Assembly: GCA_021821085.1 (NCBI GenBank) | Contig: JAKACV010000004.1 | Coordinates: forward strand, 27,543 to 91,542 | DNA length: 64,000 nt | Reading direction: 5' to 3' | DNA from: Bacillota bacterium | GTDB taxonomy: Bacteria; Bacillota; Bacilli; Alicyclobacillales; SLC66 | Shown: piece by piece, positions 25,308-33,731 of the stretch | How positions within the stretch are numbered: position 1 is the first letter of the stretch | Layout: every line of letters starts with the position of its first letter | Translations under genes and position numbers: made by a program | The notes under the pieces: model-generated | Database searches by the model: none | Seen by the model: only the letters and a program-made list of their open reading frames with translations | Told to the model about the DNA's origin: nothing

Positions 25308-25474
25308 TTTTAGAGGTTGTTCAAAAAGGGTTGAGGTAAGATGCAAGCAGGAGTTTGGTGAAGTCTGGACATGCGCGCGGAGTGTACGATAGGTGGGACA
25401 TGAGCACGCATGTCCAGCACAAGCCGAAGCCCTGCGCCGCAGAGTTCTCGACCCTTTTTGAACAACCTCTTTTA
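25308..25474 (+). mobile_element. MITE-like element, copy B (157-bp core 25313-25469 flanked by TTTTA direct repeats)
   Basis: The core starts GAGGTTGTTCAAAAAGGGTTGAGG and ends CTCGACCCTTTTTGAACAACCTC. TTTTA occurs on both sides. It lies in a divergent intergenic region. Confidence 0.8.
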
Positions 25475-25649
25475 GTGGATGGGGGAAAGTTATTTTTCGA
25501 GGTTAGACAACCCGCACTCACACTGGGCTCAACGAACAGTGAAAAAAGCTCATTATGATTGGGTGCAACGTCTTTTTACTTCGTATCACTCCTAACGGGT
25601 CTTGACATACTAAGCCACAGTGAGAAAAATCCATGAAAGGACTGATCGC

Positions 25650-26678
25650 ATGAATCGATTGGCCTATCTTGCTGTAACGAGTGTGCTGCTTTCCGGCCTT
25701 GCAAGTGCGACACCTGCGCTCGCGTCCTCGCTCCCGAACACGCCTCAGCAAACGACCGCTCCTTACGAAATAAGCCACACGTTTACTTCTGTTGGAACGA
25801 CGCCGCACTTCACAGGTATAGATGACACCTTCCATAAGCTCTACGTGAGCAACCTGAGTGCAGGCACGGTCACTGTCGTGAACACAACAAACGGCCAACT
25901 GATTAAGAGCATCCACTTAGGGGGCACATTGCACACCGTGATGGTGGATCAAGAGGCGCACCGAGTCTACGTCACAGACATTGAGCGCAACTTGCTCGAT
26001 GTGATTGATGCAAATAAGGATATGTTGGTGCATGATGTCGCGGTGAGTCGTATGCCGCATGGCCTCGCCCTTGCCCCGATGTGGCATCGCATCTATGTGT
26101 CAAGCGTTGGTGAAAGCAAAATTGACGTGGTTGATTCAGCGATCATGAAGCGCATCGCAACGATTAAAGTCGGACCAAACCCCTGGGGCGTCGCCACCGA
26201 TCGCGACACACAGACGGTCTTTAGTGCAAATACCGGCTCATTGCCAGATGGCACGAACAATCCTAAGGGCAATTCCGTAACTGAAGTTGATGGGCGGACG
26301 AACACTGTAAAACGCACAGTCATCGTCGGTCCGCATCCATGGAACATCCTTGTCAATCCACTCACGCATCGTGCGTATACAGGAGTGAGTGATGCAAATG
26401 ACGTGGCCGTTCTAGCCGATAACAGTCCCGTGCAACACTTCGCAGTCGGCAAATCACCACACGGACTCGCGCTCGATCTCACGCGCCAACTCCTATTTGT
26501 CGATAATTCAGGCAGCAACACCGTCTCTGTGATTGATGTGAAAACAAACGCGGTTATTCAAACTGTTCCTGTAGGAAAGCAGCCGCAGGGCGTAAGCGTC
26601 GATCAGCAGACAGGGGATGTGTATGTCGCCAACCAGGGGGATAACACTGTGACCGTATTGCATCCGACAAAAAGCTAA
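25650..26678 (+). CDS. Secreted YVTN-family beta-propeller repeat protein (YncE-like)
   Basis: Signal peptide MNRLAYLAVTSVLLSGLASATPALA. Repeated blades follow the pattern G..P.G.a.d.....vYV.n...n.VsVid. Confidence 0.75.
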   Translation: MNRLAYLAVTSVLLSGLASATPALASSLPNTPQQTTAPYEISHTFTSVGTTPHFTGIDDTFHKLYVSNLSAGTVTVVNTTNGQLIKSIHLGGTLHTVMVDQEAHRVYVTDIERNLLDVIDANKDMLVHDVAVSRMPHGLALAPMWHRIYVSSVGESKIDVVDSAIMKRIATIKVGPNPWGVATDRDTQTVFSANTGSLPDGTNNPKGNSVTEVDGRTNTVKRTVIVGPHPWNILVNPLTHRAYTGVSDANDVAVLADNSPVQHFAVGKSPHGLALDLTRQLLFVDNSGSNTVSVIDVKTNAVIQTVPVGKQPQGVSVDQQTGDVYVANQGDNTVTVLHPTKS

Positions 26679-26911
26679 TAGAGTCAGTAAAATGACCCGG
26701 TTCACCGCGCCCGCAAAGCATTTTATACACGATCTCGTCGCAGCATTCGTTTTTGCGCACGCAGGAACTGGGTCGATCCATTTTTTGTATCTCGCCATGT
26801 ATTCTGTCCAACCCCGCACATCTATCCAACGTTTTTTAGAAAGTTTAAAAATCCTCCAAGCCCTGTCGAGTTAATCGCTTCTTTCCCCTGTACGCCAATT
26901 TAGATAAATCG

Positions 26912-29047
26912 TCATCCGATCGTCATCCACTTTTTTCCACCATCTTGTGTCCGCAGCAAACTGCCATCCGCAGACAACATCCATCCGTTATTCGCATTGA
27001 CAAATTGCATCGCGATTGGGAACGGCCACTGAGATGTCGTGAAGTTTTCATTCGTCCACTGTGCACCGCCATCTTGTGTAACAAAAATACTCTGACCGTT
27101 TTGTCCGACCAGCCATGCCACATTGTCATGCGCACCCACCCAGTTCGCACTCTCTGCGCCAATCAAAGTGTGCAGCGTTGGCGCCAAATTTTCTTGCGCT
27201 AGTGCATCTTGCGCATCTGCGAGTGAGCGCGCATTGCTAAGCGTCCAGTGGCGCCCACCATCTGTCGTGACTTCTGTGCGATTCGGGTAAAATTCACTCA
27301 TCGCAAATCCCACATTTTGATTCGCAAAATACACCGTATCATATCCCCCAGGAATCGCAGGCAAGTTCACTTGTGTAAATGATCGTCCGCCATTTGTCGT
27401 GTGATAGACAACGCCATTGCTCCCGATGGCATACCCATCTGTTGCTGTCGGAAAGGAAATTGATGACGACGACACATTTCCCGCATACCGCGCTTCCAAC
27501 TGACGCGGGAGATTGCCAATGGTGTGCCAGGACTCTCCTCCGTCTGTCGTGACGAGCACTGCCCCTGCGTCACCTGGCAACCCAAGACCATAGCCCTGCT
27601 GCGCCGTCAAAAAGGAAAAACCAAGCGTTGGCGTCACTGTTCCAGACAGATACACAGGTTGCCACATTTGTCCACCGTCTGTCGTGTGCAGCAATGTGCT
27701 TGGCCCGCTATACGATCCATCGACAAGCCATCCATCTGTCGCGGTCGGGAACGACAGCGAATGAAACGTCGGCAAACCTTGCACACCTGTGATGGCACGG
27801 GGTTTCGTCCAATTCTGCCCACCATTTGACGTCGTCTCAACAGACACCGTTCCCATCCCACATGCATTGCATTCTCCGACAACCACTGCGGAGGACGCGC
27901 CTGTTGCAGCCATCGGCCCCGGATCAGAACCAGGACCTTGTGGCGCATGCGTTGCACCGCCTGGCGCAGGACCTGCGCCCGCTGTCGACACACCTAAGAC
28001 TGGCTTCCACGTCGTGCCATTTGTCGTACGAAAGACAGAGTACGATTGCTGACTCATGCCACCTTGCCCTGCAATCAGAAACCAAGCAGTATTCGCATTG
28101 ATCACGCGCAATTGAGCAAAATCGAACGAACTTGGTAAATGATTTAGCACTTGATGCCACGTACTTCCCCCATCTGTCGTGTGATAAAGCGCACCAGAAA
28201 AAGTATAAACCCAGCCGTCAGCAAGCGTTGCAAATCCCATCTCCATAGGTGCGCCTGGCACCGTGATAGGTGTGAAGTAGCTTCCGCCATCTGTTGTGCG
28301 ATACAGCTTCGTCGTGCCCTTTTGTCCATTCCCGACAATCACGTACCCGACTGACGCGCTCAGAAAATCAACACGATGCACGCTTCCTGGCGTAGTGATG
28401 GTGTGCCAAATTTCACCGCCATCGCTCGAGGCGATCAGTTGCTTTGTGTTCGTATTTGCATTTCCCAGGCCAAGAGCAAACACATCTGCCGTATTCACAG
28501 CGTCAAGGCTCTGAATGTTTAACTTCCCATGATACTGCATCGTAAAGAACTGTCCGCCATCTGTCGTATGGGCGATCACACCATTTCCACCAATCCACCC
28601 GACACTTGCATTCACAAAACGCACAGTGTTCAGCGTTTGGCTCGCGGTCCCTTGCACCTGTGACTGCACGGTAGTTGTCATGTGGGCACCAGGAGATCCC
28701 CCGATCGCATTCGCTTTCGGCCATTCCTTTGCCACTGTCGCAGCCGTCACAGATAATGGCTGAGTGATCGTAACAGCCGCTGTGCCCGTTGTTGCAGCGG
28801 TCGGATGTGAGACGGTCTTCTGTGTGGACTGGGATTGTGATTTTGTTGTTGTGCTTGTCTGCGTGTTTGCGGATCCTTGTGTTTGCGTAGTTGTTTTTGT
28901 CTGTGGAGCCGTTGTCGTCTGCGTCGAAGGTGGGGATGAGGGCGCATGTGCAGTTGGTGCAACACTCTCTGTGACCACTCCACATCCAGCTAATGTCGCT
29001 GAAATCCCCAAAAGTGCTGTCATCATCCATAGATGCGAAACCTTCAT
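26912..29047 (-). CDS. Lipoprotein with multiple BNR/Asp-box (Ycf48-like) beta-propeller repeats
   Basis: Lipobox LLGISATLAGCG, then a T/Q/S-rich linker. I count about 11 motifs of the T(T/S)DGG..W type. Start set at ATG 29047. Confidence 0.7.
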   Translation of the reverse strand: MKVSHLWMMTALLGISATLAGCGVVTESVAPTAHAPSSPPSTQTTTAPQTKTTTQTQGSANTQTSTTTKSQSQSTQKTVSHPTAATTGTAAVTITQPLSVTAATVAKEWPKANAIGGSPGAHMTTTVQSQVQGTASQTLNTVRFVNASVGWIGGNGVIAHTTDGGQFFTMQYHGKLNIQSLDAVNTADVFALGLGNANTNTKQLIASSDGGEIWHTITTPGSVHRVDFLSASVGYVIVGNGQKGTTKLYRTTDGGSYFTPITVPGAPMEMGFATLADGWVYTFSGALYHTTDGGSTWHQVLNHLPSSFDFAQLRVINANTAWFLIAGQGGMSQQSYSVFRTTNGTTWKPVLGVSTAGAGPAPGGATHAPQGPGSDPGPMAATGASSAVVVGECNACGMGTVSVETTSNGGQNWTKPRAITGVQGLPTFHSLSFPTATDGWLVDGSYSGPSTLLHTTDGGQMWQPVYLSGTVTPTLGFSFLTAQQGYGLGLPGDAGAVLVTTDGGESWHTIGNLPRQLEARYAGNVSSSSISFPTATDGYAIGSNGVVYHTTNGGRSFTQVNLPAIPGGYDTVYFANQNVGFAMSEFYPNRTEVTTDGGRHWTLSNARSLADAQDALAQENLAPTLHTLIGAESANWVGAHDNVAWLVGQNGQSIFVTQDGGAQWTNENFTTSQWPFPIAMQFVNANNGWMLSADGSLLRTQDGGKKWMTIG

Positions 29048-29162
29048 GTTCTTTTCCCCTCTCACAACTGTTGTTCCGTTTCTTTACTGGACGTCACTAT
29101 GCACAAAAAGGTTACAATATGCGACTTAGATACTTCTACTAGCCCAATTTTATTACAACAAA

Positions 29163-29229
29163 ACAATCACTAACATATGTTAGTAACAGTAACACATGTT
29201 AGTGATTGTTTTGTTGTAAGCTCTAATAG
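29163..29229. repeat. Long inverted repeat (30-nt arms, 7-nt loop, one mismatch)
   Basis: TTACAACAAAACAATCACTAACATATGTTA gtaacag TAACACATGTTAGTGATTGTTTTGTTGTAA. The inner part contains the sub-palindrome TAACATATGTTA. Confidence 0.9.
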
Positions 29230-29279
29230 ATAAATAGATTGTCTTTTTAGAATACTCATTCATAAGGGGGATCACAAGA

Positions 29280-30074
29280 TTGGGTAAGGGTTCAACGATG
29301 GTCGTTTGCGCACTCCTTGCAGGCGGTTGCCTGTTCACCGTACCGCTCGCCACACCGGCTGTCGCAGCATCGACTGGCATTTCGCACGCGCCACGGATTG
29401 GACTAAAGCCCAATCGTAGCACGACCGCCAGCGGATACGGATGGTCGTCAAGCAACTGGTCTGGTTACGCCTTGTCCGGTAACGCAGGTGAATATAACAT
29501 CATCACTGGCAGTTGGATTGTCCCGACCGTTCAACCAAGTAGAGGATCAACCTACTCTTCGAGTTGGATTGGCATTGATGGATTTAACAACAGCGACCTG
29601 ATTCAAACTGGCACAGAACAAGATTACTATAGTGGATCAACACATTACGACGCCTGGTGGGAAATCCTCCCCGCATCTGAGACGGTCATCTCCAACATGA
29701 CGGTGAAACCAGGCGACCATATGAGCGCCTCCATTAAAAATGACGGCAACGGAGATTGGACGATTACGATCAATGACCTCACGGAGAATGAGTCGTTCAC
29801 AACCACGCAGGCTTACTCAGGTCCTGCCGCATCGGCGGAGTGGATTCAGGAAGCCCCTACGATTGGCGGACATGTGGCGACACTCGCAAAGTATGGGCAA
29901 ACCATGTTTAACCCAGGCACAGTGAACGGAAGCAATCCAAACTTTGTCATCGGCAACGGCGGAGTGATGGTACAAAAACAAAAACAAGTGTCCACCCCTT
30001 CTGCTCCCGATAGCGACACAGACGGCTTCAACGTCGCCTATGGTTCTACGGCGCCAGCCGCCCCAACCTCCTGA
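29280..30074 (+). CDS. Secreted glutamic peptidase, MEROPS family G1 (eqolisin-like)
   Basis: Signal peptide, NWSGY, WIGIDG...LIQTG (catalytic Gln context), DAWWEILP and SAEWIQEAP (catalytic Glu context). Start is TTG 29280 or ATG 29298. Confidence 0.8.
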   Translation: MGKGSTMVVCALLAGGCLFTVPLATPAVAASTGISHAPRIGLKPNRSTTASGYGWSSSNWSGYALSGNAGEYNIITGSWIVPTVQPSRGSTYSSSWIGIDGFNNSDLIQTGTEQDYYSGSTHYDAWWEILPASETVISNMTVKPGDHMSASIKNDGNGDWTITINDLTENESFTTTQAYSGPAASAEWIQEAPTIGGHVATLAKYGQTMFNPGTVNGSNPNFVIGNGGVMVQKQKQVSTPSAPDSDTDGFNVAYGSTAPAAPTS

Positions 30075-30116
30075 TCGCCTCCTGATCGCCTCCTGATCGC
30101 CTCCTGATCGCCTCCT
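30067..30116. repeat. 11-nt tandem repeat (CCTCCTGATCG x4 plus a partial unit) beginning at the stop codon of the G1 peptidase gene
   Basis: Exact head-to-tail units. The TGA of the first unit is the stop codon. Confidence 0.9.
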
Positions 30117-30134
30117 TTGCGTTCGCCCCACACC

Positions 30135-30157
30135 CCCCCTTTTCATAAAAAAGGGGG
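30135..30157. terminator. Bidirectional terminator hairpin between convergent genes
   Basis: CCCCCTTTT cat..AAAAGGGGG. Confidence 0.6.
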
Positions 30158-30159
30158 TC

Positions 30160-30849
30160 TCATTTCACCTGAACAGTCACCGATTCGATATACGCCATTT
30201 TCGTTGGGAAGGAATTCTCTCCTGTTTGCGGATTTTGCTTAACGGGAATGGATGCGATTTTTTGTACGACACTCATACCCTGAATCACTTTCCCAAACTC
30301 AGTGTAGATCGGCTGTTGGTTGAGACTCTGACTTTCGGAACCTGTGCAAATGAAAAACTGACTGCCATTTGACACGGTATTCGCACCGCGATTTGCCATG
30401 GCGACGATACCTGGGGCATAGGGATATTTGGGTGGAAGTTCGCTTGCAAATTCATACCCCGGGCCACCCGTGCCATTGTTTCGCGGATCTCCTGTTTGAA
30501 TCATAAACGATTTAATAATGCGAAAAAACGTATCCCCTGTGAAGAAGTGATGCTGTGCGAGAAAGACAAAGTTGTTCACCGTCTTTGGTGCGCTCTTCGC
30601 AAACAGTTGAATCGTAAAATTTCCATAATTCGTCTGTACCACCGCGTCATACTGCTTTGTCGAATTGATTTGCATCGGCGGGGGTGACGTCCAGCGTTGT
30701 TTTGTCGTAGCTGGCGGCACATTTGCCTTCGATCCTACCGTGGAGGCCTGTTGACTTGAACTCGTTCCACAGCCAGTGAGCACTGCAACACTGAGAAGCG
30801 CCATCCCGATCAAAGAAGTGAGCTTACTGTTTATGAAGCCTTTGATCAT
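30160..30849 (-). CDS. Cyclophilin-type peptidyl-prolyl cis-trans isomerase lipoprotein
   Basis: Lipobox LSVAVLTGCG, then FFRIIKSFMIQTGDP and GSQFFI. Confidence 0.9.
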   Translation of the reverse strand: MIKGFINSKLTSLIGMALLSVAVLTGCGTSSSQQASTVGSKANVPPATTKQRWTSPPPMQINSTKQYDAVVQTNYGNFTIQLFAKSAPKTVNNFVFLAQHHFFTGDTFFRIIKSFMIQTGDPRNNGTGGPGYEFASELPPKYPYAPGIVAMANRGANTVSNGSQFFICTGSESQSLNQQPIYTEFGKVIQGMSVVQKIASIPVKQNPQTGENSFPTKMAYIESVTVQVK

Positions 30850-30883
30850 CTGTTATTCCTCCATATACAATCGATTAAGGGGC

Positions 30884-32077
30884 TTACACTTTCTCTGCCA
30901 CGAGTGTAAACGTCTTTGGAATGCCCATGTCGTCAACTTTGTGATTTGGCTCTTCTTCTAGAACACGAATACAAAGGCCAACACGTGCGATCGCCGTTAC
31001 GATCTCGCCAAGTGTCCATTTGCGCAACTGTACAGTATGCGTCTCTTTGGCATCTTGGACAAATTTTGTGAACGCCACCGCAGTCGTCTCCAAAGTCGCG
31101 TCAAAGTAGTTGCCGGTGACTTTATGTTTGCGTCCTTTAGATGTAATTAATTTCGTTGATACCGGGTGAAAATCTTGCAAGATCATTCGTCCACCTTTAC
31201 CAAGCAGTCCAATGACCACTTGTGCGAGTGGTTCTAAATCAATGAAGTAGTGTAAAATGCCTAATTCCATGAGCACGATATCAAACTCTCGCTTGCTGTC
31301 CACTTGCGCCAGCGAAAGCACGTCGGACACGATGTACTCGATCTCTACCCCTGCTGCCTGCGCCACTTCTGTCGCATACTTGGCATTCTCAGCAGACGTG
31401 TCAACAACCGTCACCTCTGCCCCAAGCAGCGCCAATGCCACAGCTTTTCTACCGTGTGAGCCAAGTAGATTGGCAATTCGCTTCCCCTCCACAGCGCCCA
31501 CATGACGTTTGATCGCCGTTAATTGTGCACGCGGATTACGCGCGATCTGTGCGGCGGCGGCCGTCGGTTGCCCAAAACGAGTGACCCATGCATCGTATGC
31601 AGACTGGTTCCAAGCGCGCTCTGTCAGCGCATGAAGAGTTTGTTGCTTGTGTCGCAAGAAATCCCGAATACGCTGTACGGTCAAATCATCTGACACTCGG
31701 GTTCGCAGAAAAAATTCAAAAGACTTCACCCACACCACGTGACCATCCTGCTCGATGTCCACGCGGTCGGGATCAGTCACAATCACAGAGTTGTAATAAC
31801 AGGTGAGCGCGATCAAGATCCCTGCACGAGAACAGGTGCACGTCGCAGATTCCTCGTTTTTTTGCACACTCTTCTCCTGTGCAGCCGCAAACAGATTGCA
31901 AGCCTCCGCGAATAAATCCCACTGAACAGAGATTTCTATTTTATCCATATCTAGAATATCTATTCCCTGCAATGACAAAGCGATCGCACCTTCAAAACAA
32001 TAGGGAATGCCTTGTGCTTGAAGCTCCTCCGCGCTCTCTATAGCGACTGCACGCCACCTGTGTGTCACATCAGACAT
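30884..32077 (-). CDS. Class I SAM-dependent methyltransferase with an extra ~170-aa N-terminal domain of unknown function
   Basis: The C-terminal half has the SAM motif ANLLGSHGRKAVALALLGAEVTVVDTS. I do not recognise the N-terminal domain. Confidence 0.6.
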   Translation of the reverse strand: MSDVTHRWRAVAIESAEELQAQGIPYCFEGAIALSLQGIDILDMDKIEISVQWDLFAEACNLFAAAQEKSVQKNEESATCTCSRAGILIALTCYYNSVIVTDPDRVDIEQDGHVVWVKSFEFFLRTRVSDDLTVQRIRDFLRHKQQTLHALTERAWNQSAYDAWVTRFGQPTAAAAQIARNPRAQLTAIKRHVGAVEGKRIANLLGSHGRKAVALALLGAEVTVVDTSAENAKYATEVAQAAGVEIEYIVSDVLSLAQVDSKREFDIVLMELGILHYFIDLEPLAQVVIGLLGKGGRMILQDFHPVSTKLITSKGRKHKVTGNYFDATLETTAVAFTKFVQDAKETHTVQLRKWTLGEIVTAIARVGLCIRVLEEEPNHKVDDMGIPKTFTLVAEKV

Positions 32078-32247
32078 CTCCTATCTACCTCGATTTGCTC
32101 ATATCACGTGTGACATTTTACCAAACCTTGCACTTCTAAATCTAGCGCACGCCAAAGATTTCTTCCAGATTCATTTCAGGTTGGAGCGCTAGACTGTTTT
32201 ATGGACAGGAATTATGCGAGCAACCTATTTCGACGACAAGGAGTTAG

Positions 32248-32802
32248 ATGCTTATGGCAAGCAAGATGGGGAAACGGCTCATCGGGATCGCCGGCGTGGC
32301 TGTGACTGCAATTTATACTGCCGGATATATCTACACTATGCCGTCAGTCAACGCCCAAACAAGTAGTGGGATGCCTCTTTCACCGACAAATAACAACACG
32401 ACGCCTGGTGCTGCAGCAACTGCACACAGCGCACATACGGCGTCTAAAAGCTCATCTACAACAAATTCGACAACAAGTCCGAAAAAGAAACCAAGCACAT
32501 CATCATCGAGTACTGCAGCTTCCTCTAGTGCCGCGAAGTATAAAAATGGAACTTATACAGGCATGGGTACCAATCCCTATGGCTCTATCGCACTCACCGT
32601 GACCATTGCACATGGAAAAATCTCTGCCGTACACATCACGAACTGGTCGATGCACTATCCTCAATCTGTCGTTGATCCTCAATTGCCGCAAGAAGTGGTA
32701 CAGATGCAAACGTATCAAATCTACATCGTGAGCGGTGCCACAGCTAGCACATATAACTTTGCACAAGCGGTCTATCAAGCTCTGCAAAAGGCAAAAGCGT
32801 GA
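32248..32802 (+). CDS. Membrane-anchored FMN-binding (FMN_bind) domain protein
   Basis: N-terminal TM segment, S/T-rich linker, then YKNGTYTGMG...IAHGKISAVHI...IVSGATAST with the SGAT flavinylation motif. Confidence 0.7.
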   Translation: MLMASKMGKRLIGIAGVAVTAIYTAGYIYTMPSVNAQTSSGMPLSPTNNNTTPGAAATAHSAHTASKSSSTTNSTTSPKKKPSTSSSSTAASSSAAKYKNGTYTGMGTNPYGSIALTVTIAHGKISAVHITNWSMHYPQSVVDPQLPQEVVQMQTYQIYIVSGATASTYNFAQAVYQALQKAKA

Positions 32803-32810
32803 GGTGTGCA

Positions 32811-33731
32811 ATGTCAGATCTGCAGTATGTGACAGATACGTACCTGCTGATGGGTACGGTCGTCTCGATTCAAGCCGTTTCGCGCACAGAGGCAGATGTT
32901 GTGCAATGCGCGATCGCAAGAGCCTTTGACGCGATGTGTTTTGTCGAGGAGACGTGTAGTCGGTTCAACGAACACAGCGCACTGCGCGAACTATGCCGTC
33001 ATCCAGAGCAATCGATGCAGGTACCTGACGTGCTATTTGAGACGTTGCGCATCGCCCTTGAAATGAGTGTCCTGACAGACGGTGCCTTTGATCCGACGAT
33101 TGGCGCAACACTTGAGGCCAATGGATTTAATCGCGACTATCTGACAGGGAACGTGGTGCAGTCTGATATCGCAAGTACGGAACCTGTGAGTTACCGCGAC
33201 ATCACACTTGATGAAGCAAACCACACAGTGCTCTTACAAAAACCTATGTTGCTCGATTTAGGGGCTGTGGCAAAAGGATTGGCGGTTGATCTGGCAGCGA
33301 GGGAACTGGCGGAGTGCGACGGATTTGCCATAGACGCAGGTGGCGACTTGTATTTGCACGGCGTCGATCCGACAGGGGACGAGTGGACAGTAGGCATTCA
33401 ACATCCACTCGAAAAGGAACGGATGATATGCTTTTTACGAGCCACCAATGTGGCTGTCTGTACGTCTGGGAGCTACGAGCGAAAAAGTCCTCTCAAACGT
33501 AACAAGCACCATCTCATCCACCCAAAAACGGGAGATTCAATCACGGGACTCCTCAGTTGCACAGTTATCGCCCCACTCGCCATTCTCGCTGACGCAGTGT
33601 CCACTGCCGCTTTCGTACTTGGCGCGGACAGGGCGCTGGAATTTGTCGAATCCTTAGAACTTCCTGCACTCTGTATCAGTGATACGTTAGATGTAACCAT
33701 GACACACGCGATGGAGAGGTATCTTACATGA
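32811..33731 (+). CDS. apbE: FAD:protein FMN transferase (ApbE family)
   Basis: YLLMGTVVSI, LLDLGAVAKG, AIDAGGDLY and VCTSGSYER blocks. Start set at ATG 32811, after GAGGTG. I see no obvious signal peptide. Confidence 0.85.
   Translation: MSDLQYVTDTYLLMGTVVSIQAVSRTEADVVQCAIARAFDAMCFVEETCSRFNEHSALRELCRHPEQSMQVPDVLFETLRIALEMSVLTDGAFDPTIGATLEANGFNRDYLTGNVVQSDIASTEPVSYRDITLDEANHTVLLQKPMLLDLGAVAKGLAVDLAARELAECDGFAIDAGGDLYLHGVDPTGDEWTVGIQHPLEKERMICFLRATNVAVCTSGSYERKSPLKRNKHHLIHPKTGDSITGLLSCTVIAPLAILADAVSTAAFVLGADRALEFVESLELPALCISDTLDVTMTHAMERYLT

Noticed and set aside
25321-25521. A 66-aa ORF, and the similar 102-aa ORF at 40724..41032, that share the peptide GCSKRVENSAAQGFGLCWTCVLM.HLSYTPR.CPDFTK.LLASYLNPF.
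   Set aside because: The shared peptide is simply the translation of the repeated MITE core. Neither ORF has an SD or a conserved start, and the frame ends at the element's own TGA inside the terminal repeat.
30067-30116. An 11-nt tandem repeat (CCTCCTGATCG x4.5), considered as a mini CRISPR-like array or a phase-variation tract.
   Set aside because: The units are contiguous with no spacers, so this is not CRISPR. The first unit already contains the stop codon of the G1 peptidase gene, so copy-number changes cannot alter that ORF. The tract lies in a convergent 3' intergenic region with no downstream gene to regulate.
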